Positions 1 to 9,049 of a stretch of 64,000 bases of DNA are shown here, one piece after another (the stretch's first letter is position 1; the number at the start of each line of letters is the position of its first letter). The notes below the pieces were generated by a model. That model made no database searches and was not told the DNA's origin. It saw nothing but the letters and a program-made list of their open reading frames with translations. Source of the DNA: an uncultured virus (IMG/VR IMGVR_UViG_3300025168_000062) (taxonomy: Duplodnaviria > Heunggongvirae > Uroviricota > Caudoviricetes); IMG/VR virus record IMGVR_UViG_3300025168_000062; one strand, 5' to 3'. A program made the translations under genes and the position numbers.

Positions 1-68
1 CCTTTTTAATACCCCCGAGCCATAGAATGCTCTCTCAAGAGATACAGAGTTCTCAAGAGTCAGAATAC

Positions 69-78
69 TTTATATAGT
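69..78 (+). promoter_or_regulatory. Archaeal TATA box TTTATATAGT (early promoter)
   Basis: Identical 10-mer recurs at 2216 and 2631; each copy lies upstream of an ORF. Confidence 0.7.
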
Positions 79-131
79 TAAACCCCGATGAGGGAGTAGC
101 GGCGGAAGCCGAGGAAAGGTGTAAATGAGAA

Positions 132-266
132 ATGAAATTGAGAAGTAATGACAACGAGATAAGCGTGGAGACCCTTAGTGGACTCCTAAGCGGGCGAGTG
201 GCTTATAGAGCCCCCGTCCGGCCGAGTAAGGCAAAGACTCCCGAGATGGATGGGTGGTGGCTGTGA
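132..266 (+). CDS. Small hypothetical protein (44 aa)
   Basis: MKLRSNDNEISVETLSGLL...GWWL; downstream of TATA box; stop overlaps GTG of next ORF (GTGA). Confidence 0.55.
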   Translation: MKLRSNDNEISVETLSGLLSGRVAYRAPVRPSKAKTPEMDGWWL

Positions 267-1132
267 GCGAAGAGCAAGCAGACATACTGAGACATCACAA
301 CGAGACACGTTATTTAGAGTGCCTTAGCGCTCTATACAACGCGGAGTCTTGGACCTTCCAAGAGCCACAGATAGTAAGAGCATCCGACTATGACGGGAAC
401 GAGTTTGACAGAGAAAAACTCATCCCCGAGTTAATGCACTTGAGACGTAAAATAATTGAGCAGGTAAATGAGAACCCCAGAGCAATAGCATTCGGAGAAC
501 ATGACGAATGGCTCCTATTTCGGGAGATACCCGAGATGGAAGGAGCGTGGAATGTGTTGAGCGCGGCAACGTGGTCAACGACATATGAGTATATGGGGCA
601 TGGTCAGGAAAGACCAATCAGACATACGACCAACGAAAAAGTCCGAGCACAAGCGCGGGAGATACATCAATGGCTCGATAAAATAGAGGCCAATGCGAGA
701 AAGACCTATGAAGCAAGACGAGAACTTACTAGGGGGCTCACGAATTACGAGTTAGATGTAAGGGAGATAAACGGAGAAGAATGCACTCAGCGAGCGCTTG
801 ACGAAGAGTTAGAGAAAGCACGAGACAAGGCGCAAGATGCTCAGTATGATTACGAGAAAGCCAACCCCGAGTTCAGGAGAGTTGATGCAAGAGAAGTCTA
901 TTGGGAGATATACAATATAGAGCGGGCGCACACGACCCACCATACAATAGGTCGCCGTGTTTGCTCTAAGTGTGGCGGAGCATCAGAGCAAGGGTGGACT
1001 GAGTCCGAGGCAGACGGCTGTGCTCAAGATTGGGCGGTGACCAGCAGGAGTTGGGAGAACTGCCTCGAAGGTTGTGGTCGAAGCAACCAGAGACATCACA
1101 TCCACTCGTCAGGCGGGAGCTTTTACAACTGA
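254..1132 (+). CDS. Hypothetical acidic protein with C-terminal Cys/His zinc-binding motifs (start probably GTG 263)
   Basis: 292-aa ORF; CSKC and CLEGC motifs; Glu-rich. Confidence 0.75.
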   Translation: MVAVSEEQADILRHHNETRYLECLSALYNAESWTFQEPQIVRASDYDGNEFDREKLIPELMHLRRKIIEQVNENPRAIAFGEHDEWLLFREIPEMEGAWNVLSAATWSTTYEYMGHGQERPIRHTTNEKVRAQAREIHQWLDKIEANARKTYEARRELTRGLTNYELDVREINGEECTQRALDEELEKARDKAQDAQYDYEKANPEFRRVDAREVYWEIYNIERAHTTHHTIGRRVCSKCGGASEQGWTESEADGCAQDWAVTSRSWENCLEGCGRSNQRHHIHSSGGSFYN

Positions 1133-1430
1133 GCGCACAGGCACAAGAGTTCTGAGGGGCTCCGGATGCGCTGGGTCACACCTACGTAGAGGGGCTCCGC
1201 AGAGTTGTGGTCCCGCATAAGAATAGGACGGTCGCTCGATGAGACGGCTGTCGGGGGAATGGTGCTCTCACTTGGCGACCTTGCTCGGCCTCGGGTCTTT
1301 TGTTTGCTTTCTTTGAGAATGGCTCGAGGGGTCGCTAGTAAGCCACCGAGCGAGAATCGAGCCTTCTCTCTCTGGGGCGGGAGTTGACCCCCCTGACCTT
1401 TGTGCAAAACGCTCGAGCAACAAAGTTGCG

Positions 1431-1450
1431 TCGACCCCTCGAGGGGTCGA
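1431..1450. repeat. Perfect 20-bp palindrome TCGACCCCTCGAGGGGTCGA
   Basis: Equals its own reverse complement; lies between repeat copies 1 and 2. Confidence 0.9.
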
Positions 1451-1604
1451 GCTCTCTCTCAGGGGCGGACCACGAGGACTGTGACCTTTGTGCAAATGGC
1501 TCGAGCCCTAGATGGTTGAGAGAGTAACGCCGCCGGTCAGGGCGAGAGGGGAACAAGGCGCTCAAACGCCCCTTGCTCCTTTACGAAATACTCCAATTAA
1601 CTGC

Positions 1605-1946
1605 TCACAATGCCGCGCTCAGTTTAGCACACTCTTTGCACCAGCTCCCAGATTTCTTGCTCAATTTAATCGCAATTTTTCTAGTCGATGCTCCAATTGT
1701 GTTTCCGTGCTCGCAGACACTCAAATGCACAGCGAGACGCTTTTTTGACTCGTCCATGATTTTTAGCTCTTCGAAGTCACTCCCTTTGTGGGTCACACAT
1801 CCGACCCAGATTTTTGCAGGTCCCCTAACTTTTAGGGTCCATGCACCCGGCACTCCAATTTCTTCGCTCGTTTTTGCGTTCGCTGGACCAGTAACTCTTT
1901 TGCACTCTTTCCAATAATTTTCACTCTCAATTTCCATATTTTTCAC
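1605..1946 (-). CDS. Hypothetical protein with C-x-HG...WCxxC zinc-binding motif
   Basis: 113 aa; VCEHGNT...SWCKEC; minus-strand TATA-like box at 2000-2009. Confidence 0.7.
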   Translation of the reverse strand: MKNMEIESENYWKECKRVTGPANAKTSEEIGVPGAWTLKVRGPAKIWVGCVTHKGSDFEELKIMDESKKRLAVHLSVCEHGNTIGASTRKIAIKLSKKSGSWCKECAKLSAAL

Positions 1947-2215
1947 TCTGATTCCCAGATGACTCCCGGCTTTTCGGCCTACCTCGTCGTATCGTTAATC
2001 CTTTATAACTGTTTCGGACTCTTGAGCTCTGCTCGAGCACAGGCTACTCAGCGTTATGAGAACACACCCCACTCTACCGGGGTCGGTGGCGGTCGTTTGA
2101 GAAAATCACTACTCTGGGGCGGACCCCACCGAGAGAGCCCTTTTAGGGCCTCTCCCCGAGCCCACTCTCCCCGCGAGAGAGTCCGTATTGCTCGAGTGGT
2201 CGAGAGTCACAATAG

Positions 2216-2225
2216 TTTATATAGT
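2216..2225 (+). promoter_or_regulatory. TATA box TTTATATAGT
   Basis: Same motif as at 69; upstream of GGAGG SD and ORF 2275. Confidence 0.7.
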
Positions 2226-2274
2226 ATGGCTGACATGAGGAGGTAGCGCGAAAAGCGCAACGGAGGAATGAAAA

Positions 2275-2481
2275 ATGAGTAAAGTGAAAATTGCAGAAAT
2301 GAGCGTAAAGGTGGTCCAACACCTCTTGAGGGAAGGTCGTTGGTTAGAAGAAAAAGGGAGGTATGAGCACGAGCGAATAGTGACCACGATAGTTAGGTCA
2401 CCAATTGACCTCGGTATTGATGCTCCCCTAAGTTCTCACGAGTTAGAGGCAATCTTGAGCCAACACTTGGCGAGCCTGTAA
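2275..2481 (+). CDS. Small hypothetical protein
   Basis: 68 aa; GGAGG SD, promoter upstream, hairpin downstream. Confidence 0.7.
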   Translation: MSKVKIAEMSVKVVQHLLREGRWLEEKGRYEHERIVTTIVRSPIDLGIDAPLSSHELEAILSQHLASL

Positions 2482-2505
2482 GCAAGAGACAGAGAACAAC
2501 GTAAG

Positions 2506-2531
2506 CGAGGCGTCTCAATAGGGGCGTCTCG
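2506..2531 (+). terminator. GC-rich hairpin downstream of ORF 2275-2481
   Basis: CGAGGCGTCTC-AATA-GGGGCGTCTCG pairs fully on + strand using G-U pairs. Confidence 0.45.
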
Positions 2532-2659
2532 TGTTTCCTGAGCACAGGGGCGGGACCAACACCCCCGGACCTTTGAAGGTCTCGGTCGAGATATATTCAC
2601 CTCCAGATGAGGGGTCGTGAGTCCACTATGTTTATATAGTATGACGAATATGGTAGATT

Positions 2660-2881
2660 ATGGAAGAATGCTGTGCTTGCGACGAACCTCAGGGAAAACT
2701 AACTCACTACCAAACTCTATATATGATTGAATCAGTCGGCAAGGAAGGTCTAAAACTTGGGTCGATAGTTGATGGTCTAGTTGTTGGGTCTGTGCAAACA
2801 CTCCTATTATGTGAGGCCTGTTGGGTCCATATATATGTCGATGAATCAGATGCACTCAGGGATGAAGAAATGGTCCCCTAA
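2660..2881 (+). CDS. Small zinc-finger protein, leaderless
   Basis: CCAC and CEAC motifs; TATA box at 2631, 29 nt before ATG; T-run after stop. Confidence 0.65.
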   Translation: MEECCACDEPQGKLTHYQTLYMIESVGKEGLKLGSIVDGLVVGSVQTLLLCEACWVHIYVDESDALRDEEMVP

Positions 2882-3052
2882 TCTTTTTTCTCTCCACAGG
2901 GGCGGGACCTATGTGCCGAGACCTTTGAAGTTCTCAGGTCGAGCAAAACTACACACAGGGGCGGGACCTTGACCGCGAGACCTTTGAAGTTCTAGGCTCG
3001 AGCATGTAGGCTAGCGGGAGAGCTCGAGAGAGCTCGTCTTTTAGAGAGAGAG

Positions 3053-4264
3053 TGGTGGGATTAATAATCCGCACCCCCGCATATGAAAGAATCATATCCG
3101 CCATGACATTTCGGGCAGATATTCGGTAATCCTGAAAAACTGTTTTCAGGCATCCATATTTCGCAATTTAAGCATTCATTTAATTCAATTATTTCCATGA
3201 TTGCCCGAATTATCCTAGATGCTAATAATTAGCAAATAGAAGGCATTCTAGGCCATGATACGATAAGTTAGGCCGGATGATACAGTTAGCGAATACGCTT
3301 CACCATATCACCCGATAATGATGACTTCTTGATGCCTGCTAAATGCGGAATCATCCCGTAAAGGATTGTGTTCCATAAATCCGCATTCAGTGGGTATTGG
3401 TAAGGGTTGAATCATATCTGACTAATCAGACTATCACACCACGTTGAACCCATTAAAGGACACAAGTCATCTTAATTCTATTACCAAGATTAAGATTAAT
3501 CAAAGTGAAGCAATACGCGCCGAAACACATCCATCGCACCAACCGGCTTTCAGACTTTTTGTCTGTGCCTTCTGATGTGCTGTAAGTGCATTCTTATTAG
3601 CCGCCGCAGATAGGATTTGCATCCCACCCATAGAAGCCGCATGACGCGTTTTGACATCCTTAACCGTGCCATGTGTAAAGCACCACATAGCGAAGCAGGC
3701 ACTTTCAGGGACATGAATGTCAAGATGGTGCAAAGCCGCATCCTTAACAGTCTTGAACGAAGTATCATACTTAGTTAATTTTGTCAAATCAATCAAACCA
3801 ATCTGCGCACCATTCGCCGCCTTTCGGCTTCTAATGGGTAACGCCGCAATCCCGCAATCTGCGCGGGGCTTACAATTAGTATCATTGAATTGTTTCACTG
3901 ATAAATCCTTAATCTTAGTAATAGGCTGTTTCTTAGCCATACTTATCATTAATTTATCATATTGTTTTCTATCACTGGCAATCAAGCCAGTGCTGAAACT
4001 TAGGTTATCGTTTCTTTAGCCGATTATGTTCTTTAGGATAGTTCTAAGCCCGTTCTAAGGGGCGTTTCAGTTCCTAAATGTTCAATGTATCGGCTTACCC
4101 ATTTTCGGCCTTGAAATGGCCTGTATTTGGGCTTCGATTTGATGCCGTGATTAGCGGCAACAGGCAGATTCACAATCCTTCCAATTGATGAAAGAAAACG
4201 ATTTGCTTATAAAGAACTGCCAAAAATAGCCGAAAAAGCACCCTAGTGGTCGCCTAGTGCGACC
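3053..4264. other. 1.2-kb segment completely lacking GAG/CTC
   Basis: Line-by-line reading: last GAG ends at 3052, next begins at 4265. Confidence 0.9.
3500..3985 (-). CDS. Basic hypothetical protein with C-xx-HG...WCxxC motif (start possibly ATG 3940)
   Basis: WCFTHGT...GWCDGC; only one Glu in 161 aa. Confidence 0.7.
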   Translation of the reverse strand: MIASDRKQYDKLMISMAKKQPITKIKDLSVKQFNDTNCKPRADCGIAALPIRSRKAANGAQIGLIDLTKLTKYDTSFKTVKDAALHHLDIHVPESACFAMWCFTHGTVKDVKTRHAASMGGMQILSAAANKNALTAHQKAQTKSLKAGWCDGCVSARIASL

Positions 4265-4288
4265 GAGAACTTTTTATTATTTTTTTTG
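4248..4288 (+). terminator. Hairpin GGTCGC-CTAGT-GCGACC followed by T-tracts
   Basis: Perfect 6-bp stem then TTTTTATTATTTTTTTT at the edge of the GAG-free segment. Confidence 0.4.
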
Positions 4289-4428
4289 AGTTAATTTTAT
4301 AAACATAGTTTTATTTAGATAACGTCCGTAAGTTAGAGCGTGTTCGATGAAGATATGACATGGGATGTGACCATTGTATGGCTTTTGCTTTGGGGAGACT
4401 GTATGTATCTTTTGATATGGTGGCTTCT

Positions 4429-5934
4429 TTAGAATATTCGATAACGGCCGCTTCGCGGTCTGCTTCCGTATCTTGATTTCTTTTCCTTACCATCATTCTT
4501 CAACCAAGTGCTTCCTTCAATCTTCGCGGTAGCAATAGGCAAACTTGATTCGTGCGAATAAAATTGGTCGATAGCATGAGCAAGAGCCATCACACAATCG
4601 TTATGCCGACCCACATCTGCAATATCCCCCTGCTTCCAAACATGGTGGTCAAGTTCTTCTAGGACAATATTCACGGTCTTTCTTGTTTTATCATCACCAT
4701 AGGGGAAATGAACGCGCTGTTGCTCGAACCAAACGCGCAATCTATTCAAAAGAGCCTGCTTAACTAACTTATTACTGACTTTTGAGCCCCTAAAGTCCAC
4801 CATCGCGCCCCTCTCAAGCAGTAGTTGTTCGTAGAGCCTCTGAAAGCCTGCTTCTTCACAAGCAAACGCCGGTCCTTCATATTTTTTACACATACTGATT
4901 ATTTGGTCGACCTGCTTCGCAGGAGGAAAATCATTACGTCTCCACATATCAACAAAATGAATATCTCCTTGCTTATCTTGCCTTACAACAACCATAACTG
5001 AAAAATCTCTTCCTAATCCGTGTGCAGGGTCGAATCCAATTGCATATTTACCCTCTATTTCTTTTCCTTTCATCAGTATATCGGTCGATTCTAAATTAGC
5101 CCTTGTGTCATACCTAGAATATACCTGTGCATCCACATCTACCACCTTGCATAAGTATTCTTGAACAAATGCTAAATCTCCCATAGCAGATTTCTGTTCC
5201 ATCAAAAACTCCATTGACCTATGTTCAGGCCAAAGACAGGCTAAATCCACATTATCGGGGTCAGCCTTCCATTCATCCCAATTAGGAAATGCCGAGCCAT
5301 ACCATGTTTTCCACGCATCGTTCTCTAGCATTTCACTATGATAAAGGTCTGTCATTCCCATAGGTGTTCCGACACAATACATCCATGTTCCCGGAGAAAG
5401 CATAGGGGTAATCTTTTTTCTAAACCAATGCCTAGTGGATTCGGGAGTAATATCCCCTGTATCATCAAGAACGTCGTCCATAGCAATACAAGCCGGATGC
5501 TCACCACGAATAGCAGAACCTATACCGGTAGCCTTAATCCATGCCCCATTTGTGAATCTTAAATTAAGTTTTCCACCTCTTCGCATATCTATAAACTTTC
5601 TAAGTTCTCTATGGCGCATCATATCGCCTCGTATTTCTTCTAGCCTATTTGCCGCTAATTCTTTAGAAGCAGAGAATAACCATATAGTAAAGGGCTTATC
5701 TCGCCATGTGTTGAATAAACATTGATGTAGCATAACCATTCTCAATGTAGTGGATTTACTATGGTCACGTGGAGCAATAATACAAACACGATGGACTTGC
5801 GAATCACCCCTGTCTCTATATAGTTTATCCCATTCTGCTATATGGTCGCCCCATATATATCCGGTCCATTCATAAAAATGCTTAAAATCGTTTCTTGACC
5901 GTTCAATGTTGAAGCCTCTTAGAATATCACTCAT
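4429..5934 (-). CDS. terL: Terminase large subunit
   Basis: Walker A-like APRDHSKST, Walker B IAMDD, GTP motif, C-terminal RNase H-like GFDPA...DFS...HNDCVMALA. Confidence 0.93.
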   Translation of the reverse strand: MSDILRGFNIERSRNDFKHFYEWTGYIWGDHIAEWDKLYRDRGDSQVHRVCIIAPRDHSKSTTLRMVMLHQCLFNTWRDKPFTIWLFSASKELAANRLEEIRGDMMRHRELRKFIDMRRGGKLNLRFTNGAWIKATGIGSAIRGEHPACIAMDDVLDDTGDITPESTRHWFRKKITPMLSPGTWMYCVGTPMGMTDLYHSEMLENDAWKTWYGSAFPNWDEWKADPDNVDLACLWPEHRSMEFLMEQKSAMGDLAFVQEYLCKVVDVDAQVYSRYDTRANLESTDILMKGKEIEGKYAIGFDPAHGLGRDFSVMVVVRQDKQGDIHFVDMWRRNDFPPAKQVDQIISMCKKYEGPAFACEEAGFQRLYEQLLLERGAMVDFRGSKVSNKLVKQALLNRLRVWFEQQRVHFPYGDDKTRKTVNIVLEELDHHVWKQGDIADVGRHNDCVMALAHAIDQFYSHESSLPIATAKIEGSTWLKNDGKEKKSRYGSRPRSGRYRIF

Positions 5935-6058
5935 ACTTTACACCTCCGCTTATGCCACAAACCGGACATAGCCCTAATATATCTAAAAATATGTCATGGT
6001 CCATATAAGGGGCGGAGATAGAGTTCTCTCCGCAATATTGACAATAAATCACGTTCAT
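5927..6058 (-). CDS. Small zinc-finger protein (43 aa)
   Basis: MNVIYCQYCG...LCPVCG; overlaps both neighbours; contains the GGAGGTG SD of terL. Confidence 0.65.
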   Translation of the reverse strand: MNVIYCQYCGENSISAPYMDHDIFLDILGLCPVCGISGGVKYE

Positions 6059-7554
6059 TCCTCTATAACAGGTTTGAACATACTTCCAATCATACCTTCT
6101 TCGCGGTCTATGATATGTGCAGACATTCCCGCTTGTGAAAGATACCCTTTTCTAAAGTGCCAACGGTCGTGACCGGAAAGCGAAGGTAATTGAATACAAA
6201 ATGCACCACCATGTTCTTTTAGTGCTTGGTGATGAAGATGACCTGTGAACCAAACACGGTATCTGCATTGACCCCACTTTTCCCATGCTTCTCTAGCCAT
6301 AGTGCTAGGTAAAGCATTTGCTTTTACTCCATCCCCATGTGTAAATCCTAAAAGTGCATTTCCATACACAACATACTGCCTATTCATGTTAGGGTCAAGA
6401 ATTACTTCACAATCCTCACAATCTTTGTATGTTGCCTTAAGATAAAGCCCTAATGCTAAGGTAGAGTGCATATCGTGATTACCTGCCATGAATACAATCT
6501 TAACAGGCGCAACACTTCTCAACATATCTATATGCTCCCTTGCTAATTCGCAACCATCTAGGAGAATCTGTGCCGGACTTCCATATCTATCCTGAGCAGT
6601 GCCTTTTGTTGTTGTCCCTAAATCATTATCCACATGAAACCAATCTGAGCCTGCGGCAACAATAATTTTTTCAGGAGCTCCCGGTAGTCTTGAAACCAAT
6701 GCGCTTGTTGCATCATGGAGTCTTTTTCTTGCTTCATCAAAATCATACCGTTCCCCTACTTCATCTTCCCAACCATATTTACCGTAATGGAGGTCAGTTG
6801 GGGATATAACAAGTGCGTAAGGCTTAGTTTTTTGCAGAACTAACTTTTTAACAGGTCTATTCTTAGGATGATGGACTTTTAGATGCTCGATAAACGTATC
6901 TTCAAAGTTTCTCCATTTATTCGCATCTTTCTGAATCTCATCCCACTTTTTCTTTTCGTATGTTATGTGTAGCGACCTTCTTCTTCGTAATAACAAATCA
7001 TCCACTAAATCCTCAACAGAATCAGCAAGTAATAGTTCTTCATCAGTAAATGGGTCCATGTCGTGCGTCCAACCATAAATACGTCTATACTCGTCAAACC
7101 ACATTCTAGGAATCTGAAAATCACGAGACATTTGCCCGACACTTGATGATTTATTAACCATATTACTATATGCCGTTTTCATAGCCCTGTGAACATCACC
7201 GCTCACTGTTATTGGCTTATTACCTGCCGCTCTAATGAAGGTCACATAAACATCGGTTTCAGAATTGTAATAATAAGGCTCATCAGAAATCCAAGTTGCA
7301 TCTGCATCATCTAGGCTTAACTGTTTTTCTGCAAAAGGGTCTAGTTGTGGGGATTTATCGGGGTATAACTGTCTGAATCGTGAGACTGTGCTTTTCCACG
7401 ATGCAACAGTCTTAGGTCCTTCACCATTAGTATTATAGTTAATATCCCATAGGTAGGTGGCGAATTGAACATCAGTTCCCGTCCAATTCTCTAAATGCGG
7501 GGTTATTCTTCCCAATGTTTTTTCTCGCATACCTTGTCGTCTTTCAGTTACCAT
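6055..7554 (-). CDS. Calcineurin-like metallophosphoesterase with uncharacterised N-terminal half
   Basis: DLHYG, GSDWFH, GNHD, HGD and GHLH motifs. Confidence 0.85.
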   Translation of the reverse strand: MVTERRQGMREKTLGRITPHLENWTGTDVQFATYLWDINYNTNGEGPKTVASWKSTVSRFRQLYPDKSPQLDPFAEKQLSLDDADATWISDEPYYYNSETDVYVTFIRAAGNKPITVSGDVHRAMKTAYSNMVNKSSSVGQMSRDFQIPRMWFDEYRRIYGWTHDMDPFTDEELLLADSVEDLVDDLLLRRRRSLHITYEKKKWDEIQKDANKWRNFEDTFIEHLKVHHPKNRPVKKLVLQKTKPYALVISPTDLHYGKYGWEDEVGERYDFDEARKRLHDATSALVSRLPGAPEKIIVAAGSDWFHVDNDLGTTTKGTAQDRYGSPAQILLDGCELAREHIDMLRSVAPVKIVFMAGNHDMHSTLALGLYLKATYKDCEDCEVILDPNMNRQYVVYGNALLGFTHGDGVKANALPSTMAREAWEKWGQCRYRVWFTGHLHHQALKEHGGAFCIQLPSLSGHDRWHFRKGYLSQAGMSAHIIDREEGMIGSMFKPVIEE

Positions 7555-7633
7555 GAGTGTCGCATATAGTTTCCATACTTAAGTATATCGCATATAAGAA
7601 GGCTTTTAACACTAGCGGCCTATCAAATGGGGT

Positions 7634-9049
7634 ATGGCTGAACGCGGATTGTTTAATTTCTTTCGTCGAAGTGCGTCGGAGACCGGAGAAAAAGACGGAG
7701 AAAAGCGACTTACACGTGTAGGGATGAATAGTGGACTAAGTTTCGGTCAAGTGGCGGGGCTAACGGATATTTTTGAAGATACAGGTCCACTTAGAGACCA
7801 TAAGAAGGCATTTAGAAGAACAAAGTATGATGATGAGTTTGATTTGTATGATGAAATGTTAAAACTAGACCCTGAATTGAATGGTGCGGTCCGTTCAGTA
7901 AGCCTGACCGCTAACAATTGGGAAATTGATTATTCCAAAGGTAAAAATAGAAAAATAAGAAATGCTATTGAACAGTTCGTATATTCTGTTGATTTTGATG
8001 ACATTCTGATTAATATGCTTCGCAACCTAATGGTCTATGGTAATGACATGAATAAGTTAGTGGGTAAGACAGGAGTTGGTATAACAGAAGTCCAATCCCT
8101 CCCTATCCACCAAATGACTATCAAAGATGAAAGGGGCATACAACCACCATCAGTAACTAGGGAATCCCCTATCATGGATGCTCGGGTATATTTGATGCAA
8201 GAGCAAGGGACTTACCCACAATCATTCCCTGCTGATGAAGTATGGCATACTCGTATAGATTATAGAAGCAATTGGTTTCAAGACAGGCTCGGCCGTTGGT
8301 CATACGGCATTTGGGGTGCGTCAAGGTTCTCAAGCCTTAAGCAACCCATTCGAGCCAAGTATAACATGATTAATAATAGAATAGCACTTGAAGAAGCATT
8401 AACTAAACAATACATAACAATTGATGCGGCGGCGGTCGAACATATAATGGACCCCGATGAACAGCAAGAAAGACTATCACATATCATGGGTCAAGTGGCA
8501 GAACTGCTAGAAGGACTAAGAGGCGACCAAATACCAATTTTACCTTCTTATGTTGAAATGCACCACGTTGATTTGAAAAATACAATCCCCGACCCCACAG
8601 CGTTCTTAGATATAGTAAATGGGGATATATCCGCAGTTTTACAAGTGCCTAGAGTAGCATCCGGCCAAGAAAGGGGCTCAACATTCGCCGCAACCTATTC
8701 CGCGTCTATGTGGAGTATTAATGCAATTAGAAGGCTTCAAGCAGTAGCGATAGAATCATGTTGTCATCTCTTTTTGAAACATCTCGAACTATTAGGTATA
8801 GCCGCAGAAAAAACGGACCTGCCGGTAATGACTTTCAAACCAATAGAAGAAGAATCTCGTGGTGAATCAATGAAAAGGGCAACTACCGGATATACTATGG
8901 GTATAATGACCAAAAACGAAGCGAGAGATTTGTTAAACATGGAAAGTGTTAAAGGAGGCGAGGATTTTAAGCCTGAGCCAGAGATAGCACCGAAAGGTCC
9001 TAATCCGCGCGATAATACTACTAAACAAGATAAAGAGGTGACTGAGTAA
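7634..9049 (+). CDS. Portal protein
   Basis: 471 aa, first gene of head module, helical portal-like size and context. Confidence 0.8.
   Translation: MAERGLFNFFRRSASETGEKDGEKRLTRVGMNSGLSFGQVAGLTDIFEDTGPLRDHKKAFRRTKYDDEFDLYDEMLKLDPELNGAVRSVSLTANNWEIDYSKGKNRKIRNAIEQFVYSVDFDDILINMLRNLMVYGNDMNKLVGKTGVGITEVQSLPIHQMTIKDERGIQPPSVTRESPIMDARVYLMQEQGTYPQSFPADEVWHTRIDYRSNWFQDRLGRWSYGIWGASRFSSLKQPIRAKYNMINNRIALEEALTKQYITIDAAAVEHIMDPDEQQERLSHIMGQVAELLEGLRGDQIPILPSYVEMHHVDLKNTIPDPTAFLDIVNGDISAVLQVPRVASGQERGSTFAATYSASMWSINAIRRLQAVAIESCCHLFLKHLELLGIAAEKTDLPVMTFKPIEEESRGESMKRATTGYTMGIMTKNEARDLLNMESVKGGEDFKPEPEIAPKGPNPRDNTTKQDKEVTE

Larger units (their letters stand above)
1374..3003 (+). repeat. Six dispersed co-oriented copies of GGGGCGG(G)ACC-N10/11-GACCTTTG-N10/11-TCGAG
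   Basis: Copies start at about 1374, 1462, 2116 (degenerate), 2547, 2899 and 2958; all intergenic. Confidence 0.85.

Noticed and set aside
1123..1600. Several overlapping short ORFs
   Set aside because: They lie over the repeat/palindrome region and lack start signals or protein-like motifs
1374..3003. CRISPR or mini-CRISPR array
   Set aside because: Repeats are dispersed, degenerate and tripartite with only 10-11 nt variable parts; there is no regular repeat-spacer period
3053..4264. Foreign insertion or mobile element as the cause of the GAG void
   Set aside because: No transposase or terminal repeats; it shares the GATC/GTAC/AGCT/GCWGC avoidance and encodes a protein related to ORF 1605-1946, so it looks native
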